From Puniceicoccaceae bacterium (lineage in GTDB: Bacteria; Verrucomicrobiota; Verrucomicrobiia; Opitutales; Oceanipulchritudinaceae), in the NCBI GenBank assembly GCA_040830765.1, contig JBFOMH010000005.1:352001-416000 (forward strand): a stretch of 64,000 bases of DNA. The letters are read 5' to 3'. Shown here one piece after another: positions 36,801-47,900 of this stretch. How positions within the stretch are numbered: position 1 is the stretch's first letter; the number at the start of each line of letters is the position of its first letter. Under the pieces are notes generated by a model, which saw only the letters and a list, made by a program, of their open reading frames with translations, did not search any database and was not told where the DNA came from. A program made the position numbers and the translations under genes.

Positions 36801-39800
36801 CGTCCTTTCCAATCCGGATGGCAGCTTCGCCAACTTCATTTATGCCGACGAGGCGGATTTCATCAGCGCGGTCTTCGTCAATCAGAACGGTACCCGGATC
36901 ACCGTCCCGGCGACCAAACAACTGTTCGACGACGGCCGGCAGGGACTTTACCGCTACGGCGGCATCCTCGAGGCCCAGAGTGATGGCGGACCCGTCCAGG
37001 TCCTTGTCGAACCGGAAGCAATCAACAACCGGTCGGTATTCAAGATGGAACCCCTCGGCGTCGATGAGCTCCTCGCCCTCACCGGCGGGGTTGAGCCGGT
37101 TGGAGAAGCTGAGCTCATCGGCGGGGTACGCATCTCAACCGAAGGCGATGAGTTGCAGCAATCGGCAAAGGTCCGTATCCCAGTCACCCTGCAGCAACTC
37201 GGTCTCACCCCCGAGGATGATCCCAATGATGGCTCCTTCGCCCTCACTGTTCCACGGGAAGTTGACGGGGTGCAGGTCTATGAAATCATCGACAAGGTGG
37301 TCTACGAGAATGGCTACCTCACCACCACCTCCCCACCTTTCGCCGGCTACACGGCCGACGATACCCGCCAAGTCATGGCCATGGCCCGCATGTCCTTCGG
37401 CAATGCGGCCGTCATTGTCGGACGCGTCACCTCGGCCACCAATCCGGACGCACCCGCCTCCAGCGACCTCCGGGCCGTCCCTGGGGCTGTGGTCTTCAGT
37501 ACAGAGACAGCTATTGTCGGGACACAGAACAAGGTCGTCGCCGGTGCATTCGTTGCCATTGCAGAGACAAGCGGCCGATTCAGCCTGATTGTACCAACAT
37601 CGTCATTCTCACCTTCTGGAACAAATTCAGCCGTCACCCTTGCCGCTGGTAGTGGACGTTTCCCAAATCAGGTCGTGGCAGGATTCGCCACCTTGGTGGA
37701 TCCCGAATCCGTCTCGATTCTCACAGCATCTGGTCTCATCTTCAAGCGCACCACTGCAAGCGGTTTCGTGGGGGACGATCGCAGCCCACCCCAAGTCACT
37801 TTCAGCCAGAGCGTGTATGATCCGGATCCAGGTGAGTATTTCTCTTTTGAATTCCTGGCATCTGACGACAGGACGGTACCCACCTTTACGGCATCAGTAG
37901 TCAATGCCATTCCCCTGAACAATGGTCCACAGGTCTTTCCGGCAGACATTACCTTTGATTTTGAAAGTAACGTCATCGTCGGAACTTCACGGCGCGTTCG
38001 ATACCGGGTAAGGTGCACTAAACCCGCTTCCATCCTCATTTCCTTCACGGCAACGGACGGTTCAGGCAATGTTACAACCGGGTATGCCAGTCCAAACATC
38101 ACCGCATCGGATGCTCCACCTCCTGTCGCTCCCGATCCGAATGATGTCGAGGGCCCGTTTGTCCTCAACTCTCGACCAATAACTGGGGCCCAATTTGTCA
38201 GCCCCTTTGAACCGATCGAACTTCAATTCAGCGAGCCAATCGATCCGGCTTTCATTAATACTGCGGATCAGGTCTTTGTCCTCAGCCCGGATGCTGGCAA
38301 GCCCTACTTCAGTCAAAGTGAAGATGGGAAGACGATAACTTTCCAGTACCCGAAACTGAAACCGAATCAAGGTTACAGCTTCTACATCAATACCGGTCCA
38401 TCCGGCTTCCTGCGCGATCCCGCCGGCAATCCCTTTGATCAGATTCCCGGCGGATTCCAGGATTTCTTCAGCCTCACATTCACAACTGAACCTGTCTTGT
38501 TCGAAACGAATCTTGCCGTCGAACGAGGCGTTGGTGCGGCCGGTAACCGGGAGTGGGCCTTCCTTCTCGACCGCCGGGACGGGATTAAACCAGGAATTGT
38601 CCATATCTACGGCCGGAATCCGGATGACTCCATCAATCTAGATTCCATCAAAATTGACCTCGGCCTGCCCTACCCCAGGGACTTGTTCCTGATAGAGGAT
38701 TACGACTATTACATTCCAGAGACATCCATCTCGGACGACCTCCTCCTCGACAGGGATCTCCTTGTCGTCATTGGCGGTAGCGTTGCCGTCCCGGCTCTCA
38801 GTGGGACTATCTCGCAGACCGATATTCCCTGGCTTAAGGTATACGATGTTACCGACCCGACAAAGCCGGAAGAAGTGGCCTATATTCCCGTGCGTTCAGC
38901 GATTGGCAACGCCCTCGTGAAGATGGAGTGGTCCCCACCCTTGCTGGGCGTCATGGAGCTCGGGGCGGAAGGTGTGCATATCAACCTCCTCAACCTGCAG
39001 CTGTTGCTCTACAGCGAGAAACTGACGCCTTACCTGTTGACCTTCCAACCGGAAGCACCAGTGGCCGGGACGGATCTCAATGCAGATGGAGATTATGCTG
39101 ATGCCGGTGACGTTTTCCCAAAACCATCCAGCGTCCTGCCCCAACTCGGATGGATTAACAATGGCTTGGTTGGTAGCATCAACCTTCCGGATGACGATAG
39201 CCGGCGGATTATGGACTTCTCCATGGTCCAGGGAGGTGCGCTCGTCGGGGCCGTCCTTCGGAGCACTCCCGGGACGCCTTATTATAAGACCCTGGTAAGC
39301 GGAGGAACCCCAACGGATCCCGGCCAAGGGGAGCTGGCCCTGGATGTGGATCCAAGGCGGATACTCATCGTTATGGGAGTTCCCGTCAGCCTCGGAGGAA
39401 CGGATGTTCAAATCGTCAACCTCGCCTTTGTCACTAGAAGCGGACAGTCCAACTTAAGAGTCATAGACATCACCGATCCCGTGAACCCAACCCTCTTCGC
39501 AGATGTGGAGGTATCGGACACCGAATCGGAAACCCTCTTCACCCCCATGTTGGCACCGCCAGCACCCGATGGTTCCATCAGGATAGTCGTGGCTTCCGAG
39601 AGCAACCTGTACATAATCGATCCTACCAAGATCAAGCTTTCCACATCGGGAACAACCCGCCCCTACATCACCGGTTTCCTGCCTAATGGGGGCACTCCCA
39701 CCCGACGATTCCTGACCGACGGAGCAGCATTCTATGCCGTGGCATCATGGGACCGGAATCGTATCGTCACCGACAAGCCGACGGATCCGGTATTCACCAC

Positions 39801-40917
39801 CAGCAATCCGACTCTGATCGATACCAACAGCAAGAAGGTCGGTAACAACACGGTTATCATTGAGCGAAAGTCCAAGGATAATCTATTGGAGATTGTCGCC
39901 AAGGACCCGACTGATATCAAAGGCAAGATTGATGTCAGCCCATCCGGAGTGCAATTGCCGGAAGATTATCCGTCCTGGTACGCAGAGGACCATGTTGGCG
40001 CGGAAAAGGCCCAAACGGGATTAAACAGTCTTTACCGTTTTCCCGGGATCAGTAATCCCATCGAATCCACCCTGACAGCTGCAAACTCAGCCGTAACCCT
40101 CACGACAGTATTCAATTGGGTTCCTGAGTTTCACGATGTCGATGTCGATACCCATCTCCTCAAGCTCAACGTCTATCCTGCGGGCAGCCTTAAGTTCGGG
40201 GTTTCCCCGGATAAGATTACGGAACTCTACAACAAATTAAAGGCTGCCGAGAGCACTCTGAGGGCAGTCGGAACAGCGGCTAACCCGGGACCCTTTGCTT
40301 TCGATATAACCATTGAAAAACCCAAGGGTTCCTTCAGCGCCAGTTTGTCCTACGCTGAATGTGACAACACGAGCGATCCATCGGCCCAGTTGCATCTGGT
40401 GTTCGTCAAGGTCGAGGCCGAGCCAAAGTTCGATCCCCTCTTCGGGGTCAAGGGCAAGTTCAGCATCAAGCCACCACTTCCAGGCATAATCACAAGTTTC
40501 CTCGGCAAGGCGGAGGTCTTTGTCGAAGCAGGGGGTTCCGTTTCCATTTCCGGAAAACTAGGATTGGATCAGTGCGGCTTCCCCATTATTGAAGCGCCAA
40601 TTTCCGGAAAAGTAAGTCTCTCAATTGGAGCCTCCATTGCTGCTATTCCTGTCACTCCCAGTACACCGACACAATCCGGCACCCAGGAGTACCTGCTCTC
40701 CCTGACCGCAAAAGCCAGCGCGGAAGTGACGATAAACTTTAATCCAGCCTTGAGTCAGAGTTCCGGACTGCAGGCAACCTACAAGGCTGACTACAGTGGA
40801 GTAAAAGGAACCCTGGAGGCCAAGGCCATGTGGGGCAACCTGACATGGAAGAATGAAGTCACCTTCATTCAAGGTGGAAACCTTATACCCGAAACAACAA
40901 CCGTCCTGATTGATTAA
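33868..40917 (+). CDS. 2349-aa secreted multidomain protein: PKD, carboxypeptidase-regulatory-like, SbsA/Big_5 Ig domains, LVIVD-like propeller and a distinct beta-rich C-terminal domain
   Basis: Signal peptide; DPDGDPLFYNW...VVLEVSD (PKD); GPRVASVSP...LRFSKALD and GPFVLNSRP...LQFSEPID (Big_5); LKVYDVTDPTKP and LRVIDITDPVNP (LVIVD-like). ATG overlaps the PEP-CTERM stop (TGATG). Confidence 0.85.
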   Translation: MRLRQLRVIVLLLTCGFLTGSLEGQPIPVGDSVQLAVGNSRSSLDRASGIIETSFDLTLTNTGEIDIEAPLHVAMTLNGDYLPGTAGFIEAMGGDGSGPYGTWYFDLSPEIGAALEQGQSLVVPIRYYRPSDISVSYGIEVYGVVNSMPELAELPQFQGVVGEPLTLSGVFVTDPDGDPLFYNWTTSTGQSSTEPAPTFQFDIPGIHEVVLEVSDDREGLLTTRFTVTILPSGDKANGRTRTLDGTGLPLDSVTVEEYFAGREPITYLSDEESGFTSLGSTSGFYLWKFSKAGYLSVWRAGELVSGKVTAVPNPWLKEVESTPHSLSVLGVTEITDAGESIRLIFPEGSFEQTGNAFLTRLNSQSLPYPLPAGWSPLQAFHFASDSPPITSGSVEATLIDETLAGETVVLVSFDEGSAAWITESIASGTGSSVFTGSIEAPGTYAVVVPDSGPNAPSEAVPSEALPSSPMVEIDSNLLTVTGEVVPGSVIASVIPSEVTVSGQLSVNADSLPTSGFWLSGRIDEVYTLLDGRDIRTPDYDSTLFSYSRPAGVEGGMSIQLPLRPQLLFPPEDLFEARIRMDVFGSVQAEGTILDTEGGILARDGVRIVAPAGLLGQATTAEILSSRIESFISVAPRAIPVKAFQVNLSGLDGTQALEISFEPLSPNVEYVLARLVIGGGDFGLQPVERFSSDENGILASSEPVSGPRLPGLVRAGQYVLLQVPEALGLIEGIVSGNESQPLEGVSIRVDNTPWGGVTGPGGTYQMLSPAGGFTLFAYDPQTGEEGRADGELANPTDSLQLDFTAALVGPRVASVSPTDNASEVSEVAPVVLRFSKALDPASFGPAAVSVLTVDGGELVSGSLGLNLNATEATFLPANPFERDTAYRIVLAATIRDLNGLPIEGSLEFSFTTRPPEARALGAQLVIYEPGAAIIPPEVLDQLVGYEPGGSLVVAHGSSGTADPEVPVILVNETTGETATVLSNPDGSFANFIYADEADFISAVFVNQNGTRITVPATKQLFDDGRQGLYRYGGILEAQSDGGPVQVLVEPEAINNRSVFKMEPLGVDELLALTGGVEPVGEAELIGGVRISTEGDELQQSAKVRIPVTLQQLGLTPEDDPNDGSFALTVPREVDGVQVYEIIDKVVYENGYLTTTSPPFAGYTADDTRQVMAMARMSFGNAAVIVGRVTSATNPDAPASSDLRAVPGAVVFSTETAIVGTQNKVVAGAFVAIAETSGRFSLIVPTSSFSPSGTNSAVTLAAGSGRFPNQVVAGFATLVDPESVSILTASGLIFKRTTASGFVGDDRSPPQVTFSQSVYDPDPGEYFSFEFLASDDRTVPTFTASVVNAIPLNNGPQVFPADITFDFESNVIVGTSRRVRYRVRCTKPASILISFTATDGSGNVTTGYASPNITASDAPPPVAPDPNDVEGPFVLNSRPITGAQFVSPFEPIELQFSEPIDPAFINTADQVFVLSPDAGKPYFSQSEDGKTITFQYPKLKPNQGYSFYINTGPSGFLRDPAGNPFDQIPGGFQDFFSLTFTTEPVLFETNLAVERGVGAAGNREWAFLLDRRDGIKPGIVHIYGRNPDDSINLDSIKIDLGLPYPRDLFLIEDYDYYIPETSISDDLLLDRDLLVVIGGSVAVPALSGTISQTDIPWLKVYDVTDPTKPEEVAYIPVRSAIGNALVKMEWSPPLLGVMELGAEGVHINLLNLQLLLYSEKLTPYLLTFQPEAPVAGTDLNADGDYADAGDVFPKPSSVLPQLGWINNGLVGSINLPDDDSRRIMDFSMVQGGALVGAVLRSTPGTPYYKTLVSGGTPTDPGQGELALDVDPRRILIVMGVPVSLGGTDVQIVNLAFVTRSGQSNLRVIDITDPVNPTLFADVEVSDTESETLFTPMLAPPAPDGSIRIVVASESNLYIIDPTKIKLSTSGTTRPYITGFLPNGGTPTRRFLTDGAAFYAVASWDRNRIVTDKPTDPVFTTSNPTLIDTNSKKVGNNTVIIERKSKDNLLEIVAKDPTDIKGKIDVSPSGVQLPEDYPSWYAEDHVGAEKAQTGLNSLYRFPGISNPIESTLTAANSAVTLTTVFNWVPEFHDVDVDTHLLKLNVYPAGSLKFGVSPDKITELYNKLKAAESTLRAVGTAANPGPFAFDITIEKPKGSFSASLSYAECDNTSDPSAQLHLVFVKVEAEPKFDPLFGVKGKFSIKPPLPGIITSFLGKAEVFVEAGGSVSISGKLGLDQCGFPIIEAPISGKVSLSIGASIAAIPVTPSTPTQSGTQEYLLSLTAKASAEVTINFNPALSQSSGLQATYKADYSGVKGTLEAKAMWGNLTWKNEVTFIQGGNLIPETTTVLID

Positions 40918-40923
40918 TTTAAA

Positions 40924-41886
40924 ATGAATGCACTTAAATATTCACTACTTATTGCATCGCTGGTCGCGATAGGAACACAACAGACATCCGGCTCCTACCT
41001 TATCTCTACCAGTGCGCGCGAGCAGGCGGGCGAGATGCGCGTCAACGGCTTTCCTTTCAGTCTGTCCTCAGAAGAGGAAATCGAGAACCGCTCAATTGTT
41101 GCGCTGCCTTATCTTCTCTCAGGAGGAAACCTCGTGGAACTGAGATTGGAGGAAGTCCGACCTGTTCCAGTCGACAGCGTGCCGTTTGTCTCACTGAGAA
41201 TCGAAGAGGAAGTGGCGGAAAGTGAATTGGTAAAACTCGTTGATACGAGTCGTCAGGTTGACCGATTCGAGGATGTCGACCTTGGGACAATCACTTACAC
41301 TGAAATTTTCGAAACGGACTTCCCTGGAAAATATTCCCAGAGGCAGTCCATTGAGATTGCTGATGGGGCTAGCCTACTCGAACTGGATGCGGTTCAGGGA
41401 ACAACCACCTACTCCGTCTCCGCCAGTTCCGAGGCCCGGGTTCAGCTGAGCATTAACCTCGATGCAGCTCGATTAACTTCGCTGCCATGGCTCCAGCCAG
41501 GTGGAATACTGGATAGTGCTGGGCAGGCTAATATACGCCAACTCATCACGGGGATTCATACTGCCTTGGTGAATCAGGACATGGCCGGCTTGAAAACGGC
41601 CTTTCAGGCCAAAAACAACCGGCTTGCAGATGCCTTTGGCGTGACATTGGCCGACATCGAATCCTCCCAGGAGGGATTCTATTCCCAATTGTTTAGTTTA
41701 TCAGGGTATTCAGTTCTCCCTCTTGATACGAACCAGCTGCGGTTCACATCCATTGCCGATGTGAACCTAGTTCATGTGACGGGTCCCGATGGAGCACCGG
41801 CCGTTACGGTAGATAGCGATGAACTGACCTTCAGCTTGACCTTCTATTTCTCCGAGGTCGAGGGCCAATGGGTTTTTGTAGAATAG
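40924..41886 (+). CDS. Secreted 320-aa hypothetical protein, candidate cognate partner or immunity protein
   Basis: Signal peptide; starts 6 nt after the upstream stop; AT-richer than flanking DNA; EMRVNGFP...PYLLSGGNLVEL...LPW...GQWVFVE. Confidence 0.7.
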   Translation: MNALKYSLLIASLVAIGTQQTSGSYLISTSAREQAGEMRVNGFPFSLSSEEEIENRSIVALPYLLSGGNLVELRLEEVRPVPVDSVPFVSLRIEEEVAESELVKLVDTSRQVDRFEDVDLGTITYTEIFETDFPGKYSQRQSIEIADGASLLELDAVQGTTTYSVSASSEARVQLSINLDAARLTSLPWLQPGGILDSAGQANIRQLITGIHTALVNQDMAGLKTAFQAKNNRLADAFGVTLADIESSQEGFYSQLFSLSGYSVLPLDTNQLRFTSIADVNLVHVTGPDGAPAVTVDSDELTFSLTFYFSEVEGQWVFVE

Positions 41887-41904
41887 ACAAAAACAACCGG
41901 AAGC

Positions 41905-44900
41905 ATGAAAAGCAGCAACGTCAGCATAAAGCCTCACCAAACCCATTGGTTTGGGCTTTTGGCTGCATCTGCTGAACGCCTGCTTGGCAATGGTTTCGCC
42001 TGTTTCCTGTTTTTGCTTCCTGGAATCGCAGCACTGGCAGACACACCCCTCACCACCCTTGAATACACCGTATCGGGACAGGTACTACAGGTAACGCCTT
42101 CCGCGGTAGCGGTTCCGAAGGGCATTCCCGGCTCGATCCTGACAAATGTCCAGGGGGACATTCCCGAGGGGGCCTTTGTCGAGGCTTACTTGAGGGGACC
42201 CTCCTTTCCGGCCCGGAGTCTGGTGGCGCTGCCGAACGAGCCTATGCTCTTTCCGCCAATCAACCTGGTGGGCGACTATTCCCTGGACGGCATCCGGCTG
42301 GTGGATCCGGCAACGGGCGACACCCTCCTTGAAGGCAATCCCGGTTCTGTTCCGGTGCGGGTCTTCGACGAAGTCCTTATTTCGCGGGTTACCTCCCGTC
42401 CCCTGACCCTGGAGGAAATCCAGGAAAAGGGCATTGTCATCGACGAAAGCAACTATCGGGCGGTGGAGTTCGAGGTCGGATTTGTCCTCGATGGCCAGAC
42501 CATTCCTGTGAAGTTCCCGGTGGTCGCCCCAAACTTCAGCCAGAATACCGAAATCATCCCCACGGCGGAGCTGGAGGAGCAACTGGCGGAAGTGGATCGT
42601 ATCAATGATGAGCTGGCCCTTGGGGTGGAATTACCACCAGCCTTGGAAACCGCCAACGTCAATATCGAGATGCGTGGCATCAACTTCCAGTTTGTCGACG
42701 GCGAAGATCCGGACCTCGCCCTGCAGGTGCCACCCATTCCGGCCCTGATGGTCATTCCCGGCAACATCGGCTATTTGAACCAGTTCTTCAGCGTCCTCAT
42801 CTTTACCGAGAATGGATCACCCAACGGGTCCGGGCTCAGCGTGCGGGATGTCGTCGCGGAAATTGATCTTCCGGATGGCAGTGACCGCATTCAGGGAACC
42901 TATGCCGAGCCGGGGGATGATCCCCTGCGCATGGCCCGGGTCGGACCGGATGCGATCATCGAGACGATGCAACCGGTAGTGGCCCTGGGACCGGATGGGG
43001 AATTGGGTACGGCTGACGATGTTCCCCGCCTCTACCCTGGCGAGACGGGTCAGGCGGAATTCCTGGTTGAGGGCCTGCAGGAAGGCCTGCATGTACTCAA
43101 CCTCAATTTGACGGCCCAACTGGATGGCCTCGCTGCCGGTTCCGTGCAAGTGACCGGAAAGGCCGCCGGAAGTGTCCTTGTGCGCAATCCCAACTTCTCG
43201 ATGGCCTTCTCCCATCCGCGGACCGTCCGGGCGGGCGAGCCCTATGAGGCATTTGTCACCATCCTGAATACCTCGAATGTCCCAGCCAACCTGGTCAATG
43301 TCACCTTGAACAACAACAGTATCAGTGGGGGAATCCTCGAAAGCGAGGAAACGGTCCAACTGGGCACCATTCTACCCGGACAGACAGCGACCGCCCGCTA
43401 CCGCATCCGATCCCAGCGCACCGGCTCCATCACTTTTTCCAACCTGACAACGGCGGAAGACAGTCTCATCGGCCGTTTCCGGCTGAGGGTCGGTGTCGAT
43501 GAACGGGGCGTGCCGCTCTCGCCTGACACCCTGCTGCTGCCGGACTTTGTTGATGAACTCCCGCCCGAACTGGTTTTGGCAGCCAACCGTATCCTCGGTC
43601 AAGCATTGAGCATTTCTACCGCTCCGCTCCTACCAGCGGGCGTGGAGAAGGTCTCCAAACGTCATCTGCGACAGAAAGCGATCGAGCTGGCCGAAGCCGG
43701 GCAGCGGGTGCGCTACGGTGAGCCGTTGCAATCCGTGCTTCCGGACCTGCTCCTCGACTGGCAGGGCGCCCGCGATTTCCTTTCCGGATGGGACCAGATT
43801 CTCCGCGAGACCGATGCGGGGCTGGAATGGCGCGTTGCCATGGCCCAGGCAATGGCGGATGCCAGTGGCGGCTCGGATCCGGTTATCCAGATGGAGACAG
43901 CCGCAGCCGACCTTGCCGGCCGGGGCGAGACCTGGACATTCGGGGCTCTTTCCGCAGCCGGTGAGATGGAATTGCAAGTCTCGGCCAACGAGACTGTGGC
44001 CGCTGCCGGAAGTTCGGTACTTCAGGGACATGCCTACCCTACTTCGGAGGGATCCCTCATCGCCAGTGCCCGGTCGGGTATTTTCACCTGGACCTTCAGC
44101 GAGGCCCCTCCCGGGCCGGTCGATGTCGGGGTCTGGATAGTCAACGATGACGGCACCACCGGGGAACTGGTCTGGCGACTGGACGCGATCCAGGCTGGCA
44201 CCTGCCTGCGCTACGATGCCACCTCCGGAACAGGAGTCCTTGATATTGATACGGACTGTGACGGCACCATCGACTCCACCCTTACCACAACCCTTTCCAA
44301 CATCGTTGAACTGCCTCCGACGGTCATTGCCGTGCGGCAGGATCCGGAAGTGCTGGTCGGGCGGCCCAAGGAGCAATGTATCCAGATTTCCACCACAACC
44401 GATGACTCAGGGGAATTTCGGAGCGTAAACAACTATGCCAACGTGCTCGCTGTCCTCTTCAGCAAGCCGATGGTCCAGCAAACCGCTGACATCCCGGAAG
44501 CCTATCGCCTGGACAATGGCAACGAGGCCGCCTTTGTCCGTGTCCAACCCGGTGGCCGGGTCGCCCTGCTGACGATGCGTGAACCCGTCGGGGCCTTGAT
44601 CCCCAGGAACATGACCGTTGCCTCAACTATCACCGACGTCCGCGGCAACAACCTGAGTGCCGTTGCCCTGCCGGTTGAGTCCCGTCTGGTGGAGGGAATT
44701 TCCGTACGGGGACGGGTCATCCGGGCAGATGGTTCCTATGCCGCCAACGTGCCCGTGACGCTGACTTATTACGATCAGAAATCCACCCTCTTTGGCTGCA
44801 GTGACTGGATCATGCGGCCGTCCCAGGTATTTACCGACGAGGAAGGACTGTTTGCTTACGATTTTGTCCTCAATGGAATTTCCTACAGCTTGTCGGCAAC

Positions 44901-47900
44901 GGATACCTCCAATCTTTCTGCCGAGGCGGTTGACCTAATCCTGGATTCCTATCGCGGCGATCAACTTGATGTTTCCCTTTTGGAGGAACTGGCCAGCGAT
45001 GCAGAATTGGAAAACACCCTCCTCGGTGAGTTTGCAGCCTCCTCTTTGCCAGAAGCGATTGCCCAGGCGGAAGGAATCGACCGGGCAGTTGTCCGCGACA
45101 ACGTGGCTGCCGGTTCCGCCAGAGTGGGTACGGAGTCCGTATTCGCCCTCCGCTTCCGGGGCCGTGGCACAATCATCGGCCAAGTCCTCGAATCCGATGG
45201 CATTACCCCCGCAGCTGGTTCCGGGGTTAATCTATTCCCCGATCCCGACAGCCGTGAACTCGGCCGCGGCCTCTTTGCCGATTCAGAAGGTCGCTTTGCC
45301 TTTTTCGGCGTTCCGCTGGGGGTCTTCAGTGTCGAGGCGACCAGTCCCTCAGGCAGGACCCGTGTCCTTGCCGATGTCATTAATACCCCCGGGCAAGTTC
45401 TCAACCTGGAGGTCGTCCTCAGCGAAAGTATTCCCCAGCTCACGTCCCTGCAGGGCCGGATAACGGAACCGGATGGGACCCCCCATGCCAACGGGCGCGT
45501 CTATATTGGTCAATATGTCCAGGGCAAATTCTGCTGTATTGTCTCCACCGCTACAGCTGACACGGATGGATATTGGACTGCCGAGGGGGTCCCCGTGGAT
45601 GATTACGATATCATCGCTATTTCGGCCGACAGCCGTCGCAAGGGCGAACGACGAGATATCCTCGCCGTTGCAGGCTCCATCAACACCGTCAATATTTCCC
45701 TGCAGGCGCGAGCCATTGTCCAAGGGCGGGTGGAAACCAGCACTGGACTACCCGTTGAAAATGCCATTGTCGGTGGTGGCGAAACGCTGGTCCGGACCGA
45801 TGCCCTCGGCCGCTTCACCCTGACCGGGGTACCGACCGGGGACCGGAGCATTTCCGCCGGACTGGAGCGCAACCCGGATGCTGGAATCGACTTCCCAAGG
45901 CTGGGCAGTGCTTCCCTGAATGTCCTTCCGGGGGACGACAACTTTGTCATCGTGCGCTTACGACCGGCCGGTCGCATCATCGGTAGGGTCTTTGATTCCC
46001 TGGGCCAACCCATCCCCAGGGCGCGGGTGGCTATTCCTCAGGCCGATGGATTCCTCTGGGTCGAAGCAGACGCTCAAGGGAACTACGAATTCCCGGGCCT
46101 TGGATTGGCCCGATACTCTGTCAGCTCGCCGGCTCCGGCAACAGGAGGAGACTTTGATGCCTCGGATGCCCTAAGCGCAATCCGCCAGGGCAACCAGGAG
46201 GAGATCCTCGCTGCCATTGGCGAAGCCTACGCCGCCTTCACCGGCGTCGATGACCCGCTTCTCAATGGGGATGGTTCAACATTCAATCCCCGCAGCTGGG
46301 GCTATGTGGACAATATCCGCCTTTCCTTCGATGGCCAAACCGTCGTCGCTGACATTCGGCATCTTGGGAACTCGACGGTTTCCGGAACCGTTCTCAATGG
46401 ACAAGGTGTGCCCATCGGCGCTCGAGTCCGGTTGACGGGAATCGGCCCCTCCCTGACCGGCCGTCCAACGATGATTATTCGCGGCGAGCGCAACAGTGAT
46501 CCGGCACTGGGGACATTCAGCTTTGAGGGGCAAGCCCTTATCGGCGACTGGGGCTTGCAGGCGGCCTCCCCATTTTTCCCGGTTGTTGTCAGTACCAGTG
46601 GACGCACCACCAGCCTCCAACCCGATGCAACCGGAATTATCCTCCAATTCCCGGAGGTTCGTGATACCAACGGCAGTCTTTCCGGTCAGGTTCTCAGCCC
46701 GGATGGAGAACCAGCCGGGCCAGGGATCGATGTCCAAATCAGCTTCGGTCCGGACTTTATCATCCGCACCGATGAGGATGGCCGCTTCGCCACCCAGCAG
46801 GATACCTACACCCTGCCAGCGGGCAACTACAGCGTTACCGCCACCGATCCGGCAACCGGGGCAACCGGGCGCAGTGGCGTCAGGGTCCTGGCCAGTCAGG
46901 ACAATAGTGTCACAGTACAGCTCCTCGGCCGCGGTACCGCGGTGGTGAATGTTCAGTTGGCCGACGGGTCGGCCGCAGAAGGAGCCGCCGTCGTAATTGA
47001 AGGAGGAGCCTATCCCGGGGAACGATTTGAAGGAACGACCGATGCCAGCGGGACGGTGGAGTTCCTCAATGTCTTCGAGGGACCCTACGGAGCCACAGCC
47101 GGACTGACCCTTGGCGCTACGCGGGTTTCTGGACGATCCGGTCTCAGTGTTCCGCTTGGAGGATCCGGGCAAACGACGGTCGTCCTGTCCGGAACAGCTG
47201 GGATTGTGGGACGCTTCCTCGGGACCGACGGGGAATCACCGTTCGCTTTCGCCAATGTTGCCCTTGGGAACCTCGCCTTCACCTCAACCGATGCGGAGGG
47301 TAATTTTGCTTTCCCGGATGTCCCGCTGGGGACCTACCGGATTGTCGCCACTGATGCCGTCACGGGTCGCAGCGGCTCAACCGAAGTGCAGTTGGTAACC
47401 GTCGGCGAAACCCGGCAGGTGACAATAATCGAGACTTCACTCGGTAACATCTCAGGATTTGTCATCGATGGTTATGGAGTTGCCATGGTCCCCAACGCGG
47501 AAGTCGTCCTGGTCCATGCCGATCCTTACGTCGCCGACCGCACCGTGACGACAGGACCGGACGGCTCCTTCAGCTTCCCCGCCACGCCATTCGGAGACTT
47601 TACCATTCAGGCAAGGGACCCCTTGACCGGAAACACCGGTTCCAATTCCGGCGAAGTGACCTCAACGACGACAGCTGTTCAATTGAACATTGGATTGCGC
47701 CCATTGGGCAACTTGACGGTCCAGGTATTCGAAGAAGATGGTTCCACGCCAGCCCAACTGGCAACCGTCAACTTGAGAATTGGCCTGACAGGAATATCCG
47801 TCGATACCGACAGTAATGGCTCCGCCCGATTCGAGGGCATTCCCGTCGGTCCGGGTGCCATTGGTGTCACTGCTGTCTCCCGGGTCCCCGGAATGACCCG

